DNA of 64,000 nucleotides from an uncultured Myxococcales bacterium (GTDB lineage: Bacteria > Myxococcota_A > UBA9042), in NCBI GenBank assembly GCA_903896545.1, contig CAITYF010000029.1:138350-202349 (forward strand), written 5' to 3'. How positions within the stretch are numbered: the stretch's first letter is position 1; each line of letters begins with the position of its first letter. Positions 1 to 8,636 of the stretch are shown here, in pieces. A model generated the notes under the pieces. That model had not been told where the DNA came from. It saw nothing but the letters and a program-made list of their open reading frames with translations, and ran no database searches. A program made the translations under genes and the position numbers.

Positions 1-72
1 GCGCGGGACACGGCGCTCCGCGATGAAGGCGCAACGCGCACCGCGAGCAAGGGCGTCGATGGCGCGACGGCG

Positions 73-1416
73 ATGATCAATCTGGCCGATCTGCAAGGCC
101 CGATGCCCGCTTCTGGCCCGTCCACGGCGATTCCGGAGGCGTCACAGCCGCGGTTGGTCGTGGAAAGCGAAAACCTGCGTGGCTTGGAGCTGCGGGTCAG
201 CAAAACGCCGATCGTGTTGGGGCGTGTGCGTGAAAACGCGGATCTGGTGCTGGATCACCGGTCAATCTCCAAGGAACACGCGCGCTTGACCCGTTTGAGC
301 AACGGCACTTGGCAGATACTGGATCTCGGCAGCGCCAACGGCCTGAAGGTCAACGGCGAGCCCTATTCCAAGTGCGACGTGCAGTCAGGCGACCGTATTG
401 AGTTGGGGCACGTGACGCTGCGGTTCCTCTCGTCGGGTGTAGCCACGCCCAGTTTGGAAGACGTGGGCGCGCCCAAGCGCAGCAAGCTGCCTTTGGCGAT
501 CGCCGTCGGCATCCTCGCTGCGTTGATCGCCGTAGCGGCCGTTGTCGCGCTCACCGGCGGCAAGAAGAGCACCGCGGTCGCGCCTGAGGCGCCGACAGCG
601 CAAGAAGCGGCCAAGCCAACTGACACACCGGCAACCGAGGCCAAAGCGGCGGCGGACGACGCTGCGGCAACAGCGAAGCCCAGCGCGGATGCCGAGCCGG
701 AGCAGGCGAAAAAACCAGCGGAGACGCCAGGTGTTGCGGACCTGCTGAGCAAAGCCGACGACCTCGCCAAGACCGGCGCGTACGACGAGGCGCTACAAGT
801 GCTACACGCCGGCGACGCAAACAACGCACAGATTTCACTCCGCGTGCGGCAGCTAGAGGCCGAGCGCAAGTGGAAGGCGAAGTTGACGCAGGCGGAAGCA
901 GCACTCGCGAAGGATCCAGCAACCGCGCTGGAACAGGCGACGGAAGCCAAGGCGCACCTCGCAGCCGGTGACCCGCTGGCGGCTGAAGCGGAGAAGATCA
1001 TCGACGCTGCGAAGGCGGGCATTGGCGAGAAGCACAAGGGAACCAAGCCCGATGGCAAGGCGAAGCCGGAGGCGACGAGCCCCGTGAAGGCGGAGCCCAA
1101 GCCCGAAGTGAAGGCGGAGCCCAAGCCGGAGCCGCCGCCGGAAGTGAAAACGGCACCTGCGGCGAAGTCGGGCAAGGACGTCTACGAGGAAGGCCGTAGC
1201 GCGCAGATGGAAGGCAAGACCGACGCCGCGATTGCGCTCTATCAGCAGGCCGCCAAGATGGGATTTAGCAAAGCGCACAAGCAGTTGGCGCTGCTCAATC
1301 AGGCGCGGAACGACAAGGCCGGCTGTGCGAAGAACGCCAAGGCGTACCTGGAGAAGAACCCGTCCGCCGGCGACGCCGACGCGATGCAGCAGCTCCTCGA
1401 CAAGTGCTCGAACTAA
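73..1416 (+). CDS. FHA-domain protein, single TM helix, Lys/Pro/Glu-rich repeat linker and C-terminal Sel1/TPR-like region
   Basis: N-terminal FHA fold signature (GR..ADLVLD...SISKEHARL...NGT..I.DLGSANG..VNG) in the ORF-track translation. A hydrophobic segment LPLAIAVGILAALIAVAAVVALTG follows. Repeats of KPEVKAEPKPE and a C-terminal AIALYQQAAKMGFSKAHKQLALL Sel1-like motif are present. The protein is 447 aa and ends with a stop at 1416. Confidence 0.75.
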   Translation: MINLADLQGPMPASGPSTAIPEASQPRLVVESENLRGLELRVSKTPIVLGRVRENADLVLDHRSISKEHARLTRLSNGTWQILDLGSANGLKVNGEPYSKCDVQSGDRIELGHVTLRFLSSGVATPSLEDVGAPKRSKLPLAIAVGILAALIAVAAVVALTGGKKSTAVAPEAPTAQEAAKPTDTPATEAKAAADDAAATAKPSADAEPEQAKKPAETPGVADLLSKADDLAKTGAYDEALQVLHAGDANNAQISLRVRQLEAERKWKAKLTQAEAALAKDPATALEQATEAKAHLAAGDPLAAEAEKIIDAAKAGIGEKHKGTKPDGKAKPEATSPVKAEPKPEVKAEPKPEPPPEVKTAPAAKSGKDVYEEGRSAQMEGKTDAAIALYQQAAKMGFSKAHKQLALLNQARNDKAGCAKNAKAYLEKNPSAGDADAMQQLLDKCSN

Positions 1417-1443
1417 CGTACATTTCACAGGAACAGGACAGCC

Positions 1444-2592
1444 ATGACGCGTGATCCCTTGGCGCATGCCGTGGAGACCTTGAGCCCGGACGACGCGCGG
1501 CGCTTGGCGCTTGAAATGTTTATCGTCGGCTACGAAGGCACGCACCTGCCGGACCCGTACGCGCACTGGCTGCGCGAAGGTCTGGGCGGCGTCATCTTGT
1601 TCAAGCGCAATTTGGAGTTCGACGCGGATGGCGGCATCGACACGGCAGCGCTCGCGGCGCACACGGAGTCGATCTTCGCGGCGTCGGAACAGTGCCCGTG
1701 GCTGCCTGCACCGATTTTCAGCGCGGTGGATCAGGAGGGCGGTTTGGTCGCGCGGCTGCGCAAGCCGTTCACGATTCTGCCGCCCATGCGGACGTTGGGC
1801 GAACACGGCGATGAGGCGCTGATCGCGGCCGTTGGTCGGCAGTTGGCGCGCGAATGTCTCGCGTCGGGCTTCAACCTCGACTTCACGCCTGTGTTGGACG
1901 TCGACACGAATCCGGCGAACCCGATCATCGGCAACCGATCGTTCTCGCGCGATCCGGAGCACGTCGCGCATCTCGCTGGTGTGCTGTTGGACGCGCTGCA
2001 GGCGGAAGGCGTGCTGGGATGCGGCAAACACTTTCCGGGGCACGGCGACACGAACGCCGACAGCCACCTGGAATTGCCTGTTCTGAATCACGATTTGGCG
2101 CGCTTGAAGGCAATCGAACTCCTGCCCTTTGCGCGCCTGGCCAAGCGCCTACCGATGGTCATGACGGCGCACGTGCTGTTCAAGGCGCTAGATGCGATGT
2201 GGCCGGCAACCGTGAGCCCGCAGATTCTGCGTCCGCTTTTGCGCGAGTACTGCGGCTTTGACGGCGTGATTGTGAGCGACGATCTGGAAATGCACGGCAT
2301 CGCTCAGGTGTTGGAACCTGCGGAGGCCGTGCGACGCGGCATTGAGGCGGGATGCGACAACTTCTTGGTCTGCCGGCGGCAGGACACGTTGGAATCGGCG
2401 CTGGAAGGCGCGACGAACGTGCTGTTGGGCAAAGACGGTCCCGAACAAAAGGCGCGCGCCGTGGCGAGCATCGCGCGGGTGCGTCGACTGCGTGCGCGGC
2501 TGGTGCGACCGCATCCGACCGCAGCGGGCATCGACGCCGTGCTGCACGATTCGACGACACGCGAGTTGCGGTTGGCGCTCGAGGCCCTGTGA
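1444..2592 (+). CDS. nagZ: beta-N-acetylhexosaminidase NagZ (glycoside hydrolase family 3)
   Basis: ATG at 1444 preceded by an AGGAacAGGA RBS. The GH3 NagZ hallmark KHFPGHGDTNADSH and the active-site-like VIVSDDLEMHG are present. Length is 382 aa. Confidence 0.85.
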   Translation: MTRDPLAHAVETLSPDDARRLALEMFIVGYEGTHLPDPYAHWLREGLGGVILFKRNLEFDADGGIDTAALAAHTESIFAASEQCPWLPAPIFSAVDQEGGLVARLRKPFTILPPMRTLGEHGDEALIAAVGRQLARECLASGFNLDFTPVLDVDTNPANPIIGNRSFSRDPEHVAHLAGVLLDALQAEGVLGCGKHFPGHGDTNADSHLELPVLNHDLARLKAIELLPFARLAKRLPMVMTAHVLFKALDAMWPATVSPQILRPLLREYCGFDGVIVSDDLEMHGIAQVLEPAEAVRRGIEAGCDNFLVCRRQDTLESALEGATNVLLGKDGPEQKARAVASIARVRRLRARLVRPHPTAAGIDAVLHDSTTRELRLALEAL

Positions 2593-2637
2593 GGCTTTGG
2601 CTTGCGCCCCGTGGAAGTGGCTGGCAGTCTGCAACGC

Positions 2638-4815
2638 ATGGATGTGCCGCTCCGGCCACCAAAGGTGAAGAACGTGAGCAAGTATAAGACGCCCGTGAGC
2701 GTGAAATCCCTTCCTTTGCGTGGGCTGGTGCTGGCGCTGTTGGCGCTCGTTGCCATCGCGTGCAAACCGGCCACAGCGCCGAGCGCGGGGAAAGCCGCCA
2801 AGGCCAAGCCGGCAGCCGCCGTCGCTGCCGCGGCCCCGCAAGAAGGCGAACCGACAGCGGATGAGGCAACGGCGACGGTCGCGGGCGCTGCAGGTACGGC
2901 GACCCACAAGCTCGCGGCCAAGGGCGACGACGACGAGGACGACGAGGACAGTGACAACGAGTCGGACTACTGGAAAGGCATCCAGTTTGACGTCCACAAC
3001 TTCGACGAAGTGCTGGACTACGTCTCGACCTACTACATCGACAGCACCGGCGATCGCAAGCGCGCGTGGGTGGAAGCCGCCAATTTCGCCCTGCTCTCGT
3101 TGGAGCCCGCAGTAGAACTCCTACCAGACGCGTTCTACCAGGCGCGCAAAGGCACGCCGGATGAGGAAGGTCGTCTCGACGGCACGACCGCGGCGTTTCA
3201 GTGCAGCGGCACTGCGCTGGCGGGCACCGTGCTGCACACCCTGCCGAACGACGACTACCTGAAGGCACACCGTCCAGTGCGCAAGAAGGGTCGACTGAGC
3301 AATGAAGAAGTGCTGGCGCTGCGCGAGAAATATAAGACTCGTGCGAACTTGTACAACGAGACCTGGGACAAGCTGAACTTTGATCGCCCCGAATTCGACT
3401 GCGTGATGGCGTACGTGACCAAGGAGATCAAGGCGTATCTCGTCAAGCACCCCGCCCCGCCGAAATTGAGCAAGGAAGCGGCGAAGGCGGCGAAACTCGC
3501 AGCAGAGAAAGCAACTGCCGAGAAAGCGAGCGCGGAGAAAGCCAAAGAACCCGCCAAGGTCGCACCGCTCGACGGCAAACCAGCCGCGGCCAAGGATGCG
3601 GACGCGCCAGACGCCCCGAAGCAGACGCCCGACCTGAACCGCGCGTGGCTTGCCGCTGCACAGGGCTACCTGTACGCGTTGGACCCGCACTCGTCGGTGA
3701 TTGCGCGCAAGGCTTGGGACAAGTCGACGCAGGAAACGCAGGACAACAGCTTTGAGGGTATCGGCGCCGTGCTGACCCAGCGCGATGATCTCACGATCAT
3801 TGAGAATCCGATGGAAGGCCGCCCGGCGTGGAAGGCTGGCCTGCGCGCCGGTGACGTCATCCACAAGGTGGACGGCAACGACGTGGCGGGAATGCTGCTG
3901 TCCAAGGTCGTCAAGCAGATCCGCGGCAAGCGCAATACGGTGGTGACGCTGACGATCAGCCGCGAGTCCGATCCGGAACCCAAGGACTACGCGATTACGC
4001 GCGAGCACATCGACGTGAAGAACGTGGACGGCTCATTGGTCAAGGAATACAACGGCGTGGCGACGGTGAAGATGAACGGCTTCATCCCGCAAAGTGTGAC
4101 TGACCTGCGCGATCAAATCACGAAGTTGGAGAAGCAGGCCCCCGGCGGGAAGCTGACGGGCCTGATTCTGGACCTGCGCAACAATTCGGGCGGTCTGTTG
4201 GACAAGGCGATCAAGATCGCAGACCTGTTCCTCGCCAAGGGCAAGATCGTGAGCGTGCGCAGCCGTCGCAAGGCGGATGAAACGCACGAAGCGGCGCCGT
4301 CGCCGAGCGACTACGGCTATCCGCTGGTGGTGCTGGTGAGCGACGGTTCGGCCTCGGCGTCGGAAATCGTGGCGAGCGCGCTGCAGGACAACAAACGCGG
4401 ACTGGTCGTGGGGCTGCGCACGTTTGGCAAAGCGAGCGTCCAGACGCTGTTTGAGCCCGCGCTCCATCAGGATTACTACATCAAGCTGACGATCGCGCGG
4501 TATTACGCGCCGTCCGGGTACACGCTGCAGGTCGTGGGCGTGACGCCAGATGCCGAAGCAGCGCCGGATGTGGACGGCAAGATTCCCGTTGGCTTCCGCG
4601 AGGAGAACCTCAACAACCACTTGGTGCCGATTCAAGGTACGCAGAAGTCGCCGTGGGCCGACCAGATGCCGGCGATCGAAAAGTGCGTGAAGGAATCGGG
4701 CAAGGCGGACAGCATCGCCAAACGCGAGCCCAAGCCGCAGATCCACCCGGATTACCAACTCTTGAAGGCGGCGGACTACGTGACCTGCCTCGGCAAGTTG
4801 GGACTCACCCCGTAA
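2638..4815 (+). CDS. S41 family C-terminal processing (tail-specific) peptidase, lipoprotein, with PDZ domain
   Basis: Lipobox LVAIAC after a signal peptide. PDZ segment: GIGAVL...GRPAWKAGLRAGDVIHKVDG. S41 catalytic-region motifs GLILDLRNNSGG and VLVSDGSASASE are present. An acidic DDDEDDEDSDNESD patch lies near the N-terminus. The start is ambiguous between ATG 2638 and GTG 2674/2683; the ORF opens at 2602. Confidence 0.8.
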   Translation: MDVPLRPPKVKNVSKYKTPVSVKSLPLRGLVLALLALVAIACKPATAPSAGKAAKAKPAAAVAAAAPQEGEPTADEATATVAGAAGTATHKLAAKGDDDEDDEDSDNESDYWKGIQFDVHNFDEVLDYVSTYYIDSTGDRKRAWVEAANFALLSLEPAVELLPDAFYQARKGTPDEEGRLDGTTAAFQCSGTALAGTVLHTLPNDDYLKAHRPVRKKGRLSNEEVLALREKYKTRANLYNETWDKLNFDRPEFDCVMAYVTKEIKAYLVKHPAPPKLSKEAAKAAKLAAEKATAEKASAEKAKEPAKVAPLDGKPAAAKDADAPDAPKQTPDLNRAWLAAAQGYLYALDPHSSVIARKAWDKSTQETQDNSFEGIGAVLTQRDDLTIIENPMEGRPAWKAGLRAGDVIHKVDGNDVAGMLLSKVVKQIRGKRNTVVTLTISRESDPEPKDYAITREHIDVKNVDGSLVKEYNGVATVKMNGFIPQSVTDLRDQITKLEKQAPGGKLTGLILDLRNNSGGLLDKAIKIADLFLAKGKIVSVRSRRKADETHEAAPSPSDYGYPLVVLVSDGSASASEIVASALQDNKRGLVVGLRTFGKASVQTLFEPALHQDYYIKLTIARYYAPSGYTLQVVGVTPDAEAAPDVDGKIPVGFREENLNNHLVPIQGTQKSPWADQMPAIEKCVKESGKADSIAKREPKPQIHPDYQLLKAADYVTCLGKLGLTP

Positions 4816-4824
4816 GGACACACG

Positions 4825-5331
4825 ATGGCCGACGCGACGCTTTCGTCCCTCGCGCAAGAAGTGGCAGAGCTTCGCGCGCGCGTGGCGATGCTGGAGGCGC
4901 GGCTGCAGCCGCCTGCAAAATCGCCAGCGCCCGTTCCCGTCGTCGCACCGTCTGATCCCTTGGAATCCGCCAAGGCGCTCGTGACTTCGCTCTTTGCCGT
5001 CGCGCTCAATGCCGCCGGTTTGTCTGACGAAGACGCCTTTTTGGCGTTTCGCGATCTGGTTCACGCCGATCGCCGCGGAACGCCGCTACTCGACGAAGAG
5101 CTGCGGTCGTATAAGTGGCGCCCGCTTGTGCAGCGTTGCCGACAGTACCTGAGCAAGCCTGAAGATCCAACGAGTTTCCACATCGAGCGCGTCCAGCCCG
5201 AGCCGATCACCCCGCAGTCCGAGCAGGTGAAGCTGTACTTGCGCGCTGAGAAGCGAATGCCGCCGCCGTTGACGCTCCGCCGCGACGCCACCGCGGGCGG
5301 TGCGTGGCGTCTGGAAGCGTCCAGTTTGTGA
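4825..5331 (+). CDS. hypothetical protein (N-terminal coiled-coil-like segment)
   Basis: 168-aa ORF with AAGGA-like RBS before ATG 4825. I recognise no domain. It is intact and immediately upstream of tRNA-Cys. Confidence 0.45.
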   Translation: MADATLSSLAQEVAELRARVAMLEARLQPPAKSPAPVPVVAPSDPLESAKALVTSLFAVALNAAGLSDEDAFLAFRDLVHADRRGTPLLDEELRSYKWRPLVQRCRQYLSKPEDPTSFHIERVQPEPITPQSEQVKLYLRAEKRMPPPLTLRRDATAGGAWRLEASSL

Positions 5332-5391
5332 CGTTGCTGCCGCACGAGCCTTGACCAGCCGTGACATTCGTGTATCCTGTCACGCGCCTTG

Positions 5392-5462
5392 CGGCGGCAT
5401 GGCCAAGTGGTAAGGCAGAGGACTGCAAATCCTCCATCCCCGGTTCGAATCCGGGTGCCGCC
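5392..5462 (+). tRNA. tRNA-Cys (anticodon GCA)
   Basis: Cloverleaf read directly from the sequence. Acceptor stem GGCGGCA/TGCCGCC, D-arm GCCAAGTGGTAAGGC, anticodon loop CUGCAAA (GCA), T-arm CCCGG-TTCGAATC-CCGGG, discriminator T. The CCA end is not encoded (CCG follows). Confidence 0.85.
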
Positions 5463-5791
5463 TCCGGAAACGCGCACACAGCTGGCTTACGGGCCCTGTG
5501 CGCGCGGTTCCTCAGAAGACGAGCGTTTGCTCGACCTTCTGCTGCGCGTGATGCAGTTTTTGGCATCGCGCCCTCCGATTCCGCGGACCCTGGCTGAGCT
5601 TCAGCCCCGGCCCAAAAAGTGGAATCGGCTGCCCCGACGGACTCTGGCTCCACGCCACAGACTGGGCTCGGTGCAGGTCTGCAGTCCCTCGCGAAAGCGG
5701 TGGAAAGCTGGCCAGGGGCGCGGACCATCCAACGACCTGCGCACGCAAAGTGTCTGAAACGATGGTGCTTTTTATCTTGATGATGCAAGTC

Positions 5792-6457
5792 ATGGCGACC
5801 CCAGAGAGCAAATCGACGGCCAACCCGAAGCGCGACGCGCTCGCGGCCCGTTTGACTGCACACTTCTCGCCGCTCATCACGGATTTGGGCCTGGATTTGC
5901 TGCAGCTGCGCCTGCTCGGCACCCGCGGCGCGATGCGCCTGGACGTGCGGGTCGATCGCCTTCCCGGCCAAGGCGCCGTCCGCCTGAACGATTGCCGCCG
6001 CGTGTCGCGCCTGCTGAGCACGCAGCTCGACGCGTTTGAAGCCGAAGGCAACGCCAATTTGACGATCGACAGCGCCTATGAACTCGAAGTATCGAGCCCC
6101 GGTATGGATCGCATCTTGCGGCACGAGGCCGACTTTGTGCGCTTCGTCGGTATGACCGTGAAGGTCATCGCGCGGCACAACGGCGCGCAGGAATCGACGC
6201 TCGGCGTGCTGGAATCCTGCGAGAACGGCGAATTGGCCATCAACCTGGGCAAGAAGAAGCCGCTCAAACTCGTGCAGTTGAGCGACATCGCGCAGGCCAA
6301 TCTGGCTCCGACGTTTGCCGAGTGGCTGGCGTTGGGCGAAAAGCTGAAAGCGGAAAGCGCGCAGCTGGGTGAAGCAGATTCGGTCGACGAGGCCGATCTG
6401 GATGGCGAAGCGCTTGAGGACGAGACAATCGAAGAGGACGACGCAACAGTCGACTGA
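5792..6457 (+). CDS. rimP: ribosome maturation factor RimP
   Basis: RimP signature EVSSPGMDRILR and overall RimP-like length and layout. It sits directly upstream of nusA as in the canonical operon. The start was chosen at ATG 5792 (MATPES...); the ORF track opens at 5750. Confidence 0.75.
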   Translation: MATPESKSTANPKRDALAARLTAHFSPLITDLGLDLLQLRLLGTRGAMRLDVRVDRLPGQGAVRLNDCRRVSRLLSTQLDAFEAEGNANLTIDSAYELEVSSPGMDRILRHEADFVRFVGMTVKVIARHNGAQESTLGVLESCENGELAINLGKKKPLKLVQLSDIAQANLAPTFAEWLALGEKLKAESAQLGEADSVDEADLDGEALEDETIEEDDATVD

Positions 6458-6485
6458 ATTGCGTACTTTTGAATTGCGTACTTTT
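6456..6485. repeat. perfect 15-bp tandem duplication (GAATTGCGTACTTTT x2), AT-rich, between rimP stop and nusA RBS
   Basis: Read directly from the sequence: tGAATTGCGTACTTTTGAATTGCGTACTTTTGAAGGAG. The first copy runs 6456-6470, the second 6471-6485, and the nusA RBS GAAGGAG follows. Confidence 0.8.
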
Positions 6486-6498
6486 GAAGGAGTGACCC

Positions 6499-8004
6499 AT
6501 GTTGGCAGCAAACCTGAATCCAATCATCGACCAAGTGTCGAAGGAAAAGAGCATCGACCGGTCCATTCTGGTTGAGGCGCTTGAACAGGGCATTCTGTCG
6601 GCAGCGAAGAAGATCTTCGGTCACGGCCGCGAGTTGGAAGCGAAGTACAACGTGGAGATCGGCCAGGTCGAGCTGATGTTGTATATGGTGGTCGTCGACG
6701 ACGGCGCGATCGAGAACACGGAACGCGAGCTCGGTTGGTCGACGGCGCAGATCATCGACCCGGACGTGCAGATCGGCGACGAACTGGGCTTCCAGATCTT
6801 CTACCTCGATCGCGACCGCCTGAGCGCTGAAGAGGAAGATCGCAAGTACGGCGACATTCTGAACATCAAGACCGCGCGCCAGCAGTTTGGCCGCATCGCC
6901 GCGACGACCGCCAAGCAGGTCATCACGCAGCGCGTGCGCGACGCCGAGCGCGACGTTGTCTTCAACGAGTACAAGGATCGCAAGGGCGAGCTCGTCACCG
7001 GCATCACGCGTCGCTTTGAGCGCGGTAACGTGATCGTCGACCTGGGTCGCGCGGAAGCCGTGCTGCCGATGCGCGAGCAGATGTTCCGCGAGTCCTACCG
7101 CGCGGGTGACCGCGTGCAGGCGTACGTCAAGGACATCAAGCGGGACGCGCGCGGTCCGCAAATCATTCTGTCGCGTACGGATCCGCGCTTGATTGAGAAG
7201 CTGTTCGAGCTGGAAGTGCCGGAAATCTACGAAGGCATCGTGAAGATCATGGCCGTTGCCCGCGAGCCGGGTGAGCGCGCCAAGATTGCCGTGGCGTCCA
7301 AGGACACGGATGTCGATCCGGTCGGCGCTTGCGTGGGCATGAAAGGCTCGCGCGTGCAGGCGGTGGTGCAGGAACTCAAGGGCGAAAAGATCGACATCGT
7401 GCCGTGGAGCCCGGACATCGCCAAGTTCGTCTGCAACGCGATCCAGCCGGCGGAAGTGAGCCGCGTGCTGATCGACGAAGACAACCAGACGATCGAACTG
7501 ATCGTCCCGGACGATCAGCTGTCGCTGGCGATCGGTCGTCGGGGTCAGAACGTGCGTCTCGCGTCGAAGCTCGTCGGTTGGAAGATCGACATGCAGTCCG
7601 AAGGCAAGATCGAGGAAATGAAGAAGATGCTCGGCGAGGCGCTGGCCGTCGTGCCGGGTCTGGACGAGTCGCTGATTTCCTACATGTTCAAGCTGGGTTA
7701 CCACAGCCCGGACAATCTGCTGAACGCGCATGGCGAGGATCTGGCCGGCATTCCGGGCATCTCGGACGAAATGGCGATGCAGATCCAGCAGATCGCGTTT
7801 GAAGTGAAGAAGCAGCGGGACGAAGATGCCCGCAACGCGCGTGAGCAGGCGGCCCAAGCGGCTGCTATCGCTGCTGCGGCCGTCGAAGCGACGGAAGCGG
7901 TGGACGCGGCGGCTGAGGAAGTCGCGGCTGAAATCGCCGGTGCGGAACTTGCTGGTGCGGACGTGAGCGGCGACGAGATCGCTGCTGCGGGCGCGTCGGC
8001 GTGA
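6499..8004 (+). CDS. nusA: transcription termination/antitermination factor NusA
   Basis: GAAGGAG RBS 7 nt upstream of ATG 6499. The 501-aa product has a NusA N-terminal domain, an S1 region ([21 protein letters not shown]) and KH regions ([15 protein letters not shown]). The C-terminal acidic tail is typical. Confidence 0.9.
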   Translation: MLAANLNPIIDQVSKEKSIDRSILVEALEQGILSAAKKIFGHGRELEAKYNVEIGQVELMLYMVVVDDGAIENTERELGWSTAQIIDPDVQIGDELGFQIFYLDRDRLSAEEEDRKYGDILNIKTARQQFGRIAATTAKQVITQRVRDAERDVVFNEYKDRKGELVTGITRRFERGNVIVDLGRAEAVLPMREQMFRESYRAGDRVQAYVKDIKRDARGPQIILSRTDPRLIEKLFELEVPEIYEGIVKIMAVAREPGERAKIAVASKDTDVDPVGACVGMKGSRVQAVVQELKGEKIDIVPWSPDIAKFVCNAIQPAEVSRVLIDEDNQTIELIVPDDQLSLAIGRRGQNVRLASKLVGWKIDMQSEGKIEEMKKMLGEALAVVPGLDESLISYMFKLGYHSPDNLLNAHGEDLAGIPGISDEMAMQIQQIAFEVKKQRDEDARNAREQAAQAAAIAAAAVEATEAVDAAAEEVAAEIAGAELAGADVSGDEIAAAGASA

Positions 8005-8636
8005 AAACGCGATCGGACGTGACGCGGACTTGCATGGCATGCAGGTCGCGGCGCCCGGTCGAGACATTGCTCGGCTTGCGCGTGACCGATGGTCAACTGC
8101 AGGTCGAAAAGCTGGGGGGGCAAGCGATTGCGCCAACAGCGAACGGGACAGACGGTGATGGCCGGCTGAACCGCAAAGGAAAGGGCAGCTACTGCTGCCC
8201 GGACAGGAAGTGTGCCGAAAGGGCCGTCAGCGCATTGTTGCGCCTCGGTCGTCGGCATGGAACGACGGTCGCCGAACATCCGGCGGTCCCACTGTTGCGC
8301 CACGCGGCCGAGGAGGCTGAGCGACGCACACAGCTTCGGGCCGCAGGACTCGCGCGCCGGGGCATCGAAGCCGGGACAGACGTCCTGGTAGGTGCTTGGA
8401 GTGCCGCTGCAACGCGCTGCCGGTCAGCCCTGGAAACAGGCCAGACCAGCCGAGCCAGCAGTGGGCAGCGCGATAAACGCGCACGGGAGCGGGACCTTGG
8501 CTGTTGCGACGACAACTCTGACTGTAAAGGACCTCGCGCGCGAGTTGAACATGACGGACGTCGAGCTGATGGCGAAAGCCAAAGCCGGCGGCACCGTCCT
8601 CTCGACGTTCTCGCGCCTGACTCCAGCGGATGCTGA
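8001..8636 (+). CDS. ylxR: YlxR/DUF448-like protein (nusA-infB operon), unusually long and overlapping infB
   Basis: GTG at 8001 overlaps the nusA stop (GTGA). N-terminal [20 protein letters not shown]...[22 protein letters not shown] matches the DUF448 pattern (RTCxxCR ... GRGaYvC). The frame stays open to 8636 (211 aa), whereas this family is about 90-100 aa. The tail overlaps the infB N-terminus and is probably not all real. Confidence 0.5.
   Translation: MKTRSDVTRTCMACRSRRPVETLLGLRVTDGQLQVEKLGGQAIAPTANGTDGDGRLNRKGKGSYCCPDRKCAERAVSALLRLGRRHGTTVAEHPAVPLLRHAAEEAERRTQLRAAGLARRGIEAGTDVLVGAWSAAATRCRSALETGQTSRASSGQRDKRARERDLGCCDDNSDCKGPRARVEHDGRRADGESQSRRHRPLDVLAPDSSGC

Noticed and set aside
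853-2091. 412-aa minus-strand ORF antisense to the FHA gene and nagZ
   Set aside because: Arg/Ala-rich low-complexity translation typical of the antisense strand in high-GC DNA. It overlaps two well-supported sense genes.
6076-8136. 686-aa ORF antisense to nusA
   Set aside because: No domain features, and it lies opposite a strongly supported housekeeping gene. It is a GC-driven open frame.
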